Origin: Felis catus
Lineage: Eukaryota
Assembly (NCBI RefSeq): GCF_018350175.1
Contig: NC_058368.1
Span: 51,523,815-51,587,814 of the forward strand
DNA: 64,000 nucleotides
Direction: 5' to 3'
Positions 38,186 through 50,514 of the stretch are shown one piece after another (position 1 is the first letter of the stretch; every line of letters starts with the position of its first letter). The position numbers and the translations under genes are program-made. The notes under the pieces are model-generated. The model was not told the DNA's origin. It worked only from the letters and a program-made list of their open reading frames with translations, and did not search any database.

Positions 38186-41100
38186 GAAGCATCTTGTGTG
38201 TCACAATTTTTCTACAGTGGTAGAGAAACTCAACCACCCAGTTTTACATTTCTTAGAGCAGCTCCAATTGTAGCTGGTAGTGTCTGTCTTAATTATCTTT
38301 GGCCCTTCTCTAGGCAAACTGTGGGGGATTTTCTTACCATGGAATAGAGTCCAAACTTTCTCTGGAAGGTGGAGAGGGAGTAGAAATGGCCTCTTTAGTT
38401 CACATACACCCACATGCTGAGATGCTAGCCCTCTTTCCCTTTGACTTTGCAAGGAGGTCACCAGCCAGCATACCCATGGTGACCTTTTCTGTGAATTCTC
38501 CCCTTAACAGAAAAGGATATAGTCACATATGTGTCCAAATGAATAGCCAACACTGGGGAATGTGCTAACGACAATCTTTGGGCCGATAATACCTTATCAT
38601 ATCCTTTAAGTCCTACAGTCCTTGGGCTGAATTCGTATCGTCTTCTGGTTTGAAGATGTTGCAGAAAATGAAAATGTCATGTTTGTTTAGTACTGCTTAG
38701 ATATTATCTATGGTGATGGATTGTTGCTATGAGTATTTGAGTTGCTATGAATGCTTGAAAAGGCAGTGTGTGGGTTAAAGTGAAAGTACAAGAACGCTGC
38801 ATTGGCCACAAGATTCTGATGGTTCTGGTGCTAGAATGCAAGTTTTGAAGTTTGCGTTGCCCACCTCACGTGGCTATTTGAAAGATAAAATTGCAGAAGG
38901 TATAGGAAAATGAGGTGTTCCTAGGATACTATATAAATATAAGATGTTATTATTTGACTTGCTGCTTTTCTTTCTAAAATTTTTTCTTTTGAAATACATC
39001 TTTTGCTGAAGATTGAGTTACCATGGTATTAGATATACTTTAATGAAACATTGACAAATAAATGAAAAAAAATGACAGAATGTTGTCATTTATGACTTTT
39101 TTTTAATTCTAATATTGTTAACATAGCATGTAATATTAGTTTCAGGTGTACAATATAGTGATTCAACAATTCCATATATTACTCAGTGCTCATCATGATA
39201 AGTGTGCTCTTTAATCCCCATCACCTATTTCTCTCATACCCCCACCCACCTCCCCTCTGGTAAGCATCAGTTTGTTTTCTATGATTAAGAGTCTATTTCT
39301 TAGTTTGTCTCTTTCTCTTACTTTTCCTTTGCTTATTTGTTTTGTTTCTTAAATTCTACATGTGAATGAAATCATGTAGTATTTGTCTTTCTCTGATTTC
39401 TCTTAACATTATACTCTCTAGCACCATCCATGTCATTGCAAATGACAAAATTTAATTCTTTCTATGGCTGAATATTCTATTGTATATACATATACCACTT
39501 CTTCATTACTCATTCATCTATTGATGGACACTTAGGCTGCTATTAATTTGGCTATTATAAACAATGCTGCAATAACCATAGGGGTACATGTATCCCTTTG
39601 AATTAGTGCTTTCCTATTTTTTGGTAAATACCCAATAGTGTGATTACTGAATCATAGGGTAGTTCTATTCTTAGTGTTTTGAGCTATCTCCATACCATTT
39701 TCCACAGTGGCTACACCAGTTTTCACTTTTACCGACAGTGTAAGTGGGTTCCTTTCCCCGCCCCCACATCTTTGCCACACTTGTTTCTTGTGATTTTGAT
39801 TTTAGCCATTCTGACAGGTGTAAGGTGTTATCTCATTATAGTTTTGATTTGTATTTCCCTGATGATGAGTGATGTTGAGCATCTTTTCATGTGTCGACCA
39901 TCTGAATGTCTTCTATGGAGAAATGTTTGTTCATGTCTTCTGCCCATTTTTGAATTGAATTATTTGTTGTTTTGGGTGTTGAGTTGTATCAGTTCTTTAT
40001 ATATTTCAGATACTAACCCTTTATGGATATGTTATTTGCAAATATCTTCTCCCATTCTGTAGGTTGCCTTTTAGTTTTGTTGATTGTTTCCTTCCCTGTG
40101 GAGAAGCCTTTTATTTTGATGTAGTTCCAATAGTTTATTTTTGCTTCTATTTCCCTTACCACAGGAGACGTATCTAGAAAAATGTTTCAGTGGCCGATGT
40201 CAGAGAAATTACTGCCTGTGCTCTCTTCAAGGGTTTTTATGCTTTCAGGTCTCATATTTAGGTTTTTAATCCATTTTGAGTTTATTTTTGTGTCTGGTGT
40301 AAGAAAGTGGTCCAGTTTCATTGTTCTGAATGTAACTGTCCAGTTTTCCCAACACCATTTGTTGAAGAGATTGTCTTTTTCCCATTATATGTTCTTGCCT
40401 CCTTTGTCAATGATTAATTAATTATATAACTGTGGGTTTATTTCTGGGTTTCGTTGTTTTCCATTTATCTATGTGTCTGTTTTTGTGCCAGTACCCATAC
40501 TGTTTTGATTAGTACAGCATTGTAATATAACTTGATGTCTGGAATTGTGATATCTCCAACTTTGCTTTTCTTTTTAAAAATTGCTTTGGCTATTTGAGGT
40601 CTTTGTGGTTCCATATACATTATAGAATTGTTTGTTTTCTGTGAAAAACGCTGTTGGTATTTTCAGAGGGATTGCATTAAATCTGTATATTGCTTTGGGT
40701 AGTATACCCAATATTTGTTCTTCCAACTCATGAGCATGGAATGTCTTTTCATTTCTTTGTGTTGTCTTCAATTTCTTTCATCAATGTTTTATAGTTTTCA
40801 GAGCACCAGTCTTTCACCTCCTTGGTTAAGTTTATTCCTAGGTACTTGATCATTTTTGGTGCAATTGTAAATGGGATTTTCTTAATTTCTCTTTCTGCTG
40901 CTTCATTATTAGGATATAGAAATGCAAGAGATTTCTGCACTTTGATCTTGTATCCTGTGACTTTGCTGAATTCATTTATGAGTTCTAGTAGATTTTTGGT
41001 GGAGTCTTTAGGGTTTTCTATATATAGCATCATGTCATCTGCAAATAGTAAATTTTTTATGCCCTCCTTACCAATTTTGAAGCCTTTTATTTCCTTTGTT

Positions 41101-42173
41101 GTCTGATTGCTATGGCTAGGACTTCCAGTACTATGTTGAATAAAAGTGGTGAGAATGGACATCATTGTCTTGTTCCTGGCCTTAGGGGAAAAGCTCTCAG
41201 TTTTTCACCATTGAGTATAATGTTTGAGGTGGTTTTTTAATATATGGCCTTTATTATGTGGAGATGTTTCCTCTAAACCTATTTTGTTGAGGGTTTTTTT
41301 TTTAATCCTGAATGAATGTTGTACTTCATGTGAAATGCCTTTTTTTCATCTATTGAAATGACCACATGGTTTTTATCCTTTCTGTCATTGTTGTGATGTA
41401 TCACATTGATTGATTTGCAAATATTGAACCATGCTTACATCGGAGGAATAAATCCCACTTGATCATGGTGAATGATTTTTTTCAAATGTATTGTTTGATT
41501 TGGTTTGCTGGTATTTTGTTGAGGATTTTTTCATACATGTTCATCAGAGAGATTGGCTTGTAGTTCTCTTTTTCTGTGGTGTCTTTATCTGGTTTTGGTA
41601 TTAGGGTGATATTGGCTTCATAAAACAGAATAGTTTGAGAAGAATAGGTCTTAACTCTTCTTTAAATGTTTGGCAAAATTTATCTATGAAACCATCTGAT
41701 TCTGGACTTTTGTTTGCTGGGAGGTTTTTGATTACTGATTCAACTTCATTGATGGTTAAATGGTCTGTTCAAATTTTCTATTTCTTCCTGCTTCAGTTTT
41801 GGTAAATGATATGTTTCTAGGAATTTATCTATTTCTTTTAGGTGGTCTAATTTTTTGGCATATAGTTTTTCATAATGTCCTCTTACAATTATTTCTGTGG
41901 TGTTGGTTGTTATTTCTTTTTCATTTCTGATTGTATTTGAGTCATCTCTATTTTTGATGATTCTGGCTAAAGGCTTATCAATTTTGTTGATCTTTTCTAA
42001 GAAACAGCTCTTGGTTTCATTGACTTGTTCTATTGCTTTTTTTTTTTTTTTTAGTTTCTGTAACATTTACTTCTGCTCTAATCTTTATTATTTCCTTCTT
42101 TCTTCTGGTTTTGAGTGTTTTTTGTTGTTCTTTTCTTTGTTTTCTTTTTTTTTTTAGTTTATTTATTTATTTA

Positions 42174-42817
42174 TTTATACTTCTTAACTTGTTTTATTTT
42201 TTATTTTTTTAAAAATTTACATCCAAATTAGTTAGCATATAGTGCAACAATGATTTCAGGAGTAGATTCCTTAGTGCCCCATTACCCATTTAGCCCATCC
42301 CCCCTCCCACAACCCCTCCAGCAACCCTCAGTTTGTTTTCCATATTTATGAGTCTCTTCTGTTTTGTTCCCCTCCTTGTTTTTATATTATTTTTGTTTCC
42401 CTTCCCTTATGTTCATCTGTTTTGTCTCTTAAAGTCCTCATATGAGTGAAGTCCTATGGTTTTTGTCTTTCTCTGACTAATTTCACTCAACATAATACTC
42501 TCCAGTTCCATCCAAATGGATGCAAATGGCAAGATTTCATTCTTTTTGATTGCCGAGTAATACTCCATTGTATATATATACCACATCTTTGTCCATTCAT
42601 CCATTGATGGACATTTGGGCTCTTTCCATACTTTGGCAATTGTTGATAGTGCTGCTATAAACATGAGGGTACCTGTGTCCCTTCGAAACAGCACACCTGT
42701 ATCCTGTGGATAAATGCCTAGTAGTGCAATTTGTGGGTCATAGGGTAGTTCTATTTTTAGTTTTTTGAGGAACCTCCATACTGTTTTCCAGAGTGGCTGT
42801 ACCAGCTTGCATTCCCA
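42174..42817 (-). mobile_element. Younger L1 3' fragment inserted in a SINE A-tail
   Basis: ORF MFIAALSTIAKVWKEPKCPS...; flanks TTATTTATTTATTT / TTATTTACTTATTT. Confidence 0.9.
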
Positions 42818-42866
42818 TTATTTACTTATTTTGAGAGAGACAGAGATAACATGAGTAGGGGAGGGG

Positions 42867-42909
<43 letters not shown>

Positions 42910-43026
42910 TCCAAGCAGAGCAGTGTAGACCCCACATGGGGCTCAAACCCACAAAAGTATAAGATCATGATCTGAGCCAAAACTGAGAGTTGGATGCTTA
43001 ACTGACTGAGCCACCCAGGTGCCCCA
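42818..43026 (-). mobile_element. Can-SINE body nested in L1 (rest of tail at ~42136-42173)
   Basis: Ends CCACCCAGGTGCCCC; GTTGTTCTTTT at ~42124 and 43027. Confidence 0.93.
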
Positions 43027-43974
43027 GTTGTTCTTTTTATATTTCTTTTCAGTATAAGGTTTGTTGTTCATTTGAAATTTTTCTTGCTTCTTGATGTAGG
43101 CCTGTATTGCTACAAACTTCTCTCCTAGAACTTCTTTTGCTCTATCCCAAAAGTTTTGGACCATTTTGTTTTAATTTTTCTTTGTTTTCACATACTTTTT
43201 GATTTTTTTCTTTGATTTCTTGGCTGACTCATTAATTGTTTAGTAGCATGTTATTTAACCTTTATGTATTTGTGTTCTTTCCATATTTTTTCTTGTGGTT
43301 GATTTCTAGTTTCGTAGTGTTGTGGTCAGAAAAGATGCATGGTATGACTTCAATCTTTTTGAATTTGTTGAGGCTTGTTTTGTGGACTAATATGTGATCT
43401 ATTCTAAAGAATGTTCCATGTACACTTGAAAAGAATGTGTACTCTGCTGTTTTAGGATGGAATGTTACTGAATATTCAGTAGGTCCATCTGGTCCAGTGT
43501 ATCATTCAAAGCCTCTGTTTTCTTGTTGGTTTTCTGCTTGATCTGTCCAATGATGTCAGTGGGTGTTAAAGTCCACTACTATTATTGTATGACTATCAAT
43601 TAGTTCTTTTATGTTTGTTATTAATTGTTTTATGTGTTTAGGTACTTCCATGTTAGGTGCATAAATATTTACAGTTGTTTTTATCTACTTGTTGGATTGT
43701 CCCTTTTATTATTATATAGTGTCTTTGTCTCTTTTTCCAGTCTTTGTTTTAAAGTCTATTTTGTCCAATATAAGTATTGCTACTCAGGTTTTCTTTTGAC
43801 ATCCATTTACATAATGATATTTCTCCATCCCATCATTTTCAATCTGCAGGTGTCTTTAGGTCTGAAAGGAGTTTCTTGTAGGCAGCATATAGATGGGTCT
43901 TGTTTTTTTATCCAGTCTAAAACTTAAAAAAAAAAAAGTTTCCCAAGGCATTGAATAACATTAGAGCTTAACAA

Positions 43975-44176
43975 AATTTGTTTTAATGTTTATTTTTGAG
44001 ACAGAGAGAGACAGAGTATCAGCAGGGGAGGGGCAGAGAGAGAGGGAGACACAGAATCCAAAGCAGGCTCCAGGCTCTGAGCTGTCAGCACAGAGCCTGA
44101 CGTGGGGTTCTAACTCAAGAACTGTGAGACCTGAGCTGAAATCTGATGCTCAACTGACTGAGCCACCCAGGTGCCC
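43975..44176 (-). mobile_element. Can-SINE
   Basis: Ends GAGCCACCCAGGTGCCC; flanks TTAG[A/G]GCTT. Confidence 0.95.
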
Positions 44177-44776
44177 TATTTAGGGCTTTATATCTGTATT
44201 TGGAGTTCTCCTTGCAAATTGACAGATATTTCATTCCATAATGCAATATATTTTCATGAAGGAGCACTGAAGTAAGTAGCAATTTTTTGAAAGGTAATTA
44301 CTTTAAAAGAGAGATTTAGCTTTGACAGAGAAAAGTATTGGTAATTTCCATGGGTGTATTAAAAAATGGGTACAGAATTCAGACAGGAAGGGAGTGAGCA
44401 GACTGCCTGTTCTAATTGTTTAGATATGTAAGGGAGATGAGAGGTCAGGAAATATTTGGAGGTGAAGATAGATTTGCATCATGCTCATTATTTTTCAACA
44501 AAGGGTGGGGCTTGATGCAAAGGTACTGCATAAAGAATGCAATAGGTACAAGACAGGGTGAGCTTTCTTTGTCTCTCCTTGCTCAAGGAAATATATTGTT
44601 TACACTTGGTAGGGAACATTAACCTCAGATTTATCAACAGTATTATTTATAATATTTCTATATGTGGAAGACTATTCAAAATGAACTTATTATTTCAATA
44701 AGGAAGTAATTTCCTACATTTTATGTAACAAAACTACATAAATAGACCAGTGTCATACTAGTGTTTAAAAAGAAAG

Positions 44777-44937
44777 TGATTTCACCGTCATGAAATCAAG
44801 CCCTGTGTTGGTGTTTGTACTGAGCATGGAGCCTGTGTAGGATTCTCTCTTTCTCTCTGCCCCTCCCCTGCTCACTTGCATGCTGTCTCTCTTTCTCTCA
44901 AAATAAATAAATAAATGTTAAAAAATAAAATAAAGTG
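44777..44937 (+). mobile_element. 5'-truncated Can-SINE
   Basis: Starts mid-body (TGATTTCACCGTCATGAAATCAAGCCC), CT tract, AATAAA tail; AAAAGAAAG on both flanks. Confidence 0.88.
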
Positions 44938-47900
44938 AAAAGAAAGCAAGAAAAGTTAAGTTCTGGAATATTTAGTGTGGCTGGGAATTAATTATATTGA
45001 TAATATGTTGATCCAATGTTTTCAATTAAGTCTTTCCAATTAGTGCTCACAGATAATCTAATTCTATTCATGAAAGAATAAATTTGAATACCTTTATAAT
45101 ATACACCCACACCCAGAAGATTTTTTTCAAATGAAAATTCATAAGTACATTATGAAAATTCTTTCAGTGAAGTAGTTATTAAATTTTAGAACCAAAATTT
45201 TAAATTCATTGTTTTCTCAAAACAATATTTAGTTTTATGAATAAAGTACAGTAGTCATGTCAATAATGGAAGATTATAGTTAATAAGTTTGAACATTCAA
45301 GTGATGATGTTTAACTATGTCTTTTATTGTTTTATGAAAAGAGGTCAGAAACTTTTTGAAGACATTGCTTATGTAATTTCATACTTAGCAAACCTTGTTT
45401 TGAGGCTAGTGTGATAGTGCATATGCCAAACGGATATTTCTTGCAGAATGGGTGTGGTGAGGTGAATATCTGCAGAGTAACTGGTTTTTTCTGTCAGCTC
45501 AGACTTGTGTCTGCCTGTTTCTGGGAGTCTGAACCATGGAGTGTTTGAGTATTCTTTTCCACTTCAGAGTGGTTCTAAAGAGGCTAACCTGATCTTAGAT
45601 CATATGTAAAATGGAAAAAGAAAAGCAGCACCCCCACTCCCCCCAAACCCTGAGAGATTGGGATGTGCATAGGATTTAGCATGTGCACATGCTAAGGTTG
45701 GGTTAGAACTGAGTGATGGATCAAGCACACTGACAGATGGTGAGATCCTCTGAGTATTTGTAGAACCAGAGACTGGACCTTATGGATTTTCTTTCTTTCT
45801 TTCTTTTTTTTAAAGTTCTTAAGTAAACTTAAATAAATTGAAGTAGAACATACATACTGAAAAGTGCACAAAATAAAAGTGTATGTTCATTTACTGATCA
45901 TTGAATTGTAGCCTTTTGTTTCCCTAATATCAGCATTTAAGGCTCAAACTTCCACTTTGAGCTCAGTTGTAACTGCATCTTACAGATTTTGTTATGTCAT
46001 ATTTTCTGTTGAATTCAAAGTTTTTTTTGTGTGTGTGAGTGATTCTTTGACCAATGGGTTATTTAGAAGTGAGCTGCTTTTTATTAAACATGTAGACTTT
46101 TTCTTGTTATTTTTTATATTACTGATTTCTAGCCTTATTTCATAAGATTGATGATTTAAATCCTTTGAAATTTGTGGAGACTTGATTTATGGTCCAGTGC
46201 TTAGTTAATTTTGGCAAGTGGTTTATGTGCAATTGAAAAAATATGTATGCTATTGTATTGTACATAGCAGTTAAATGAGGTTCATTAATCATATTGTTAA
46301 AATCTTCTAAATCTGATGATTTTTTTTCTTGCTTGTTCTTTCCTTTATTGAGAGAGATGCATTCAGATCTTCAAATCTAATTGTGATGCATCAATTTTTT
46401 CTTTGATTCTGTCAATTTCTGCTTCTTTTGAGGCTATGTTATTAGAAGCACACACACTTTAATAATCATTAGGTCAATTTGGTGGACTGACCCTTTTATC
46501 TTTTTAAAATATTTGCTACCTCTAATATTGGCTCCTTTTTTATCTAATATTAATTAGCTCTAGCAGCTTTTATGTTGTTATTTTTTTGCACTGTATACTT
46601 GTTCCCAATATTTTGTTGTTAACCTATGTGTGTTCTAAAGGTGTCTCTTGTAAGAAATATGTGGTAGAGCTTTATTTTCTCATTCAGTCTGATGGTCTTT
46701 TTGATTGCAGAATTTCATCCAAATTGCTGATATTTTTGGTTTTAAATCTATCATCTTATTATTTGTTTCTTATTTGTCCCTCTGATTTTTCTTTTTTTCT
46801 CTTTCTTGCCTCTTTTGAATTGATGAAATATTTTTATCAATCTATTTTCTCCTCCAAGTATTGTTGATTAGGTGTTATTTTATAATGTTTTCTAGTGGTT
46901 ACCATCAACATTACAGCATAGTTTTGACTTAATAGAGTCTACAAAACTTAGTACTTTTATCAATCCCTAACAATGTCAGGACATTACAACACTTTCACTC
47001 CATATAATACACTTCTGCCTTGTTTCTTCTATTTCCATATGTATGTATATTTAGCCTGCCTTTTGGAATATTATTATCATTTTCTGCCATTACAATATTT
47101 ATAGTTTCTTTCTATTGCTTTTCATTCTGTCTTGCATTTCTGTGTTTCTACCTGAGATGTTTTTTTTGTGTCTGAAGAAGTATGTTTAATATTCCTTTTA
47201 ATACTGGTCTGCAAATGATGAATTCTCTCAGTTTTTGTTTCAAGGTGTATTTATTCTTCACATCAAAAACCAAAATGCTTTATTGAGATACAATTTATAC
47301 ACCAGAAAAGTCACTTTCTTCTTCTACTTTATTTTTTCCTCTCTTCTTCACTTAAAAATATTTGTGGTAAAATACACAATATAAAATTTGCTATATTAGC
47401 CATTTTTAAGTGTATAGTTCATTAGTGTTAAGTATATTCACATTATCATGCAACACATCTGTAGAACTTTTTCATCTTGCAAAAACTTCTTCACTTTTGG
47501 GGAGGTATAGAATTATAGCTCAACAATTATTTTATTTCAACATTTATAATACATCAATGTCAGTATTATTATTGTTTACTTGAAGGAAATGTTTTTGTTT
47601 TTTTTGCTATAGCTGATAATTACATTATTTGACTATGAATCTATTTCTGTTGTCAACTTTGTTGTTGTTTTGCTTGTTGTTGGTAATTTGGTTGTGTCTT
47701 CTGGCATGGCTAGTAACTGTTGAATTGCTGGATATTAGTCATAAAAAATATAGACATTTGGATGATATATTCCTTTCAGAGAAGATTTGCTTTTCTGTTA
47801 ATGTAAAGATAGATCTCCTTGATTTAATCAAACATTAAGATGATTTGTGATGGAATTTCAGTCCATGTAAAGTTCAGCATATTTTTGTTTGTCTCAGTCC

Positions 47901-48206
47901 TGGGACATTGCCTTTCTGGGGTTTAATGCAAAGTTAAGATGTTTACCTTGATGGTTATTGGACATAGTTTTTATCTTTTCATCCCTGTGAACATGTTGAA
48001 AGTTCTGAGCCTGAAAGTTAATGCTGTGCTTGGCCACTAAGCCCTGTGGTGCTTGAGTATTGGGAAATTTCTCAAGAGGCAAATTTAGAAGAATGTTGAG
48101 CTTCTCTTCTATGAACTTCTGTGTGCTTCTCTTCCCTCTTTGATGTTGGTCCTTTAAATACTGGCTGTCTGCCTTGCTCTGTCATGACTTCAAATAGTTG
48201 ATATTT

Positions 48207-48414
48207 TTTTGTTTATGTATTTATTTTTGAGAGAGAGACAGAGACAGTTTAAGTGGGGGAGGGGCAGGGAGAGAGGGAGACAAAGAATCCTAAGCTGGCT
48301 CTGAACTGTCAACATGGAGCCTGATGTGGGGCTTGAATGCAGGAAACTCTGAGATCATGACCTGACCCGAAACCAAGAGTTGGATGCTTAACTGACAGCC
48401 ACCCAGGAGCCCCA
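48207..48414 (-). mobile_element. Can-SINE (cluster, 1 of 3)
   Basis: Flanked by TCAAATAG[T/C]TGATATTT at 48190-48206 and 48415-48431. Confidence 0.95.
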
Positions 48415-48431
48415 TCAAATAGCTGATATTT

Positions 48432-48461
48432 AATTTTTTATTTTTTAATGTATATTTATTT

Positions 48462-48503
<42 letters not shown>

Positions 48504-48664
48504 CAGAGAGAGAGGCAGAGAGAGAGGGAGACACAGAATCCAAAGCAGGCTCCAGGTTCTGAGCTGTTAGCACAGACCCTGTGCGGGAGTTGAACTCATG
48601 ATCTGTGAGATCATGACCCCAACCAAAGTTGGATGTTCAACTGAGTAAGCCACCCAGGTACCCC
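48432..48664 (-). mobile_element. Can-SINE (cluster, 2 of 3) with long (GA)n
   Basis: Followed by a third target copy CAAGTAGCTGATTTTT at 48665-48680. Confidence 0.95.
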
Positions 48665-48697
48665 CAAGTAGCTGATTTTTTAAAATAAGATTTTGTC

Positions 48698-48926
48698 AGG
48701 GCTTCTAGGTGTCCCAGTCAGTTGAGTGTCTGAATCTTGAGCTCAGCTCAGGTCATGATCTCATGGTTCATGAGACTGAGACCCATGTTGGGTTCCATGC
48801 TGACAGCACGGAGTCTGCTTGAGATTGTCTCTCTGTCTCTCTCTCTGTCTCTCTCTCTCTGCCCCTCTAGTGTTCTCTCTCTCTCTCTCTCAAAATAAAT
48901 AAATAAACAACAACAACAAAAAAGAC
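48698..48926 (+). mobile_element. Can-SINE (cluster, 3 of 3)
   Basis: TSD AAAATAAGATTTTGTC at 48682-48697 and 48927-48942. Confidence 0.95.
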
Positions 48927-49375
48927 AAAATAAGATTTTGTCCAGCTTCTTGGTGAGAGTGTCTGTCTGATATGTAGCTGGAAATAAATGTCCTCTGGGA
49001 TTTCTTTAGCTCAGGGTGAAGCTAAAGTATGCAGATTCTCTTTGCTGGAATTTCAGGTCTGACCAGAACTTACTGTATGTGGCTGTTCTCTGGGATGTGC
49101 CATCGCTGAATTTTATCTCAGTGGGAAAATGGGCTGAGAATATTAATTAATATTTCATAGAAATAATATAAATGTCACAAGGAAATCTATAAACAAATGT
49201 TCAACCTCAGTTAATATTAAGAAAATGGAAATTGAAACAAGGAAATGATTTTCCCCAATCAGATTAAAAAGTTAATTTTCCTACTATTGGTAAGAATGTA
49301 CATCAACAAAATCTACATTCATAGTAATGATAATTGACATTTACTGAGCACTTCCTGTGTGTGTCATGAGCTGTT

Positions 49376-49730
49376 TTATAGGGAGGAAAAAATGCTCTAC
49401 CAACTAAAGGAAAAATTTTTTTTCCTACTCACTACAGGTATTTGGTTTTTCTCCCATACCAACCATTTATCTGACAACAGTTGGGTGTCATACAATTTAA
49501 TTCAGTTTGGACACTACCTGGAATTAGTTGTAGATTCTACAAGTTAAGGGCTTAGTCCCACCAGACTTCCCCTATATCAAACATCAAGAGCAAGTCCCAG
49601 GTTGTCACCTCTACTTCTGACTGACCAGCTGTAAATGTAAGAGTTCCCATGACCTCCTCCTTAGGTTCAATAATTTGCTAGTCTATCTCATAGAACTCAG
49701 GGAAACACTTAAATTTACCAGTTTATTAGT
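49376..49730 (-). mobile_element. MER21-like LTR fragment
   Basis: GTTGGGTGTCATACAATTTAATTCAG...AAGGGCTTAGTCCCAC...CATAGAACTCAGGGAAACACTT match MER21 family; strand less certain. Confidence 0.8.
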
Positions 49731-49740
49731 CTTTTTTTTT

Positions 49741-49778
<38 letters not shown>

Positions 49779-49806
49779 GAGCGAGCACATGAATGGAAGA
49801 GAGGGG
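49731..49806 (-). mobile_element. Can-SINE 3' remnant with (GA)n
   Basis: T tail, TTTGAGAGAG..., GAGCACATGAATGGAAGAGAGGGG, then abrupt break. Confidence 0.7.
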
Positions 49807-49879
49807 AATTCCTTGGTATCATGTAATATCCAGTCCATAATCAAATTGCCCCAATTGTCTAAAAAATGTCTTTTTACAG

Positions 49880-50083
49880 TTTGTTTGTTTTATTTGTTAT
49901 TTTTATTTTTTGAGTGAGAGAGCATACACATGTGCAAGTGGAGGAGGGGCAGAGGGAGAGAACCTTAAGCAGGTTCCATGCCCAGGATGGAGCAGGAGGC
50001 CAGTCTCAATCTCATGACAGTGAGATCATGACCTGAGCCAAAAGAGTTGGAGGCTTAACTGACTGAGCCACCCAAGAACCCCT
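49880..50083 (-). mobile_element. Can-SINE
   Basis: GAGATCATGACCTGAGCC...GAGCCACCCAAGAACCCC. Confidence 0.93.
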
Positions 50084-50420
50084 ATAGTTGAACTGTTTAG
50101 AACAGGATTCAAAGTAGTTTCTCACAGTGCATATAATTGTTAGATCTTTTTTCTTTTTTTGCCTCTCTTAACCTAAAATAGTTCCCCTTGCTTATTTTTT
50201 TATGCACTGAATTGTAATTTAGCAATTAATAGAAGAATTCAAACATGGATTCTCATAGCTACTTAAATTATATGGCAACCAATGTCACACATTAAATCCT
50301 GTGGAAGTATGACATTTTAATCCTATTTGTAGTTCTTCCCTCCATTATCCATCAGTACTGTACTTATGAATTAACTAGTATTTATTGAATATCAAAGGTA
50401 GTTTGAGCAAAAGACCAAAT

Positions 50421-50514
50421 TTCCTTCCTTCCTTCCTTCCTTCCTTCCTTCCTTCCTTCCTTCCTTCCTTCCTTCCTTCCTTCCTTTTTCTCTTTCTCTC
50501 TCTCTCTCTCTTCT
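50421..50514. repeat. (TTCC)n plus (CT)n polypyrimidine tract
   Basis: About 16 TTCC units followed by CT repeats. Confidence 0.97.

Larger units (their letters stand above)
39097..43915 (-). mobile_element. Older carnivore LINE-1, near-complete but degraded ORF2 plus 3'UTR, interrupted at ~42136-43026
   Basis: Minus ORF fragments [56 protein letters not shown]; many frameshifts. Confidence 0.95.
45900..48995 (-). mobile_element. Very old L1 (L1M) ORF2-5'/ORF1 region, fragmented
   Basis: TTCTTTGACCAATGGGTTATTTAGAAGTG, CTTTGAAATTTGTGGAGACTTG, GTCTCTTGTAAG, TGATGAATTCTCTCAGTTTTTG are antisense L1M motifs. Confidence 0.7.
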
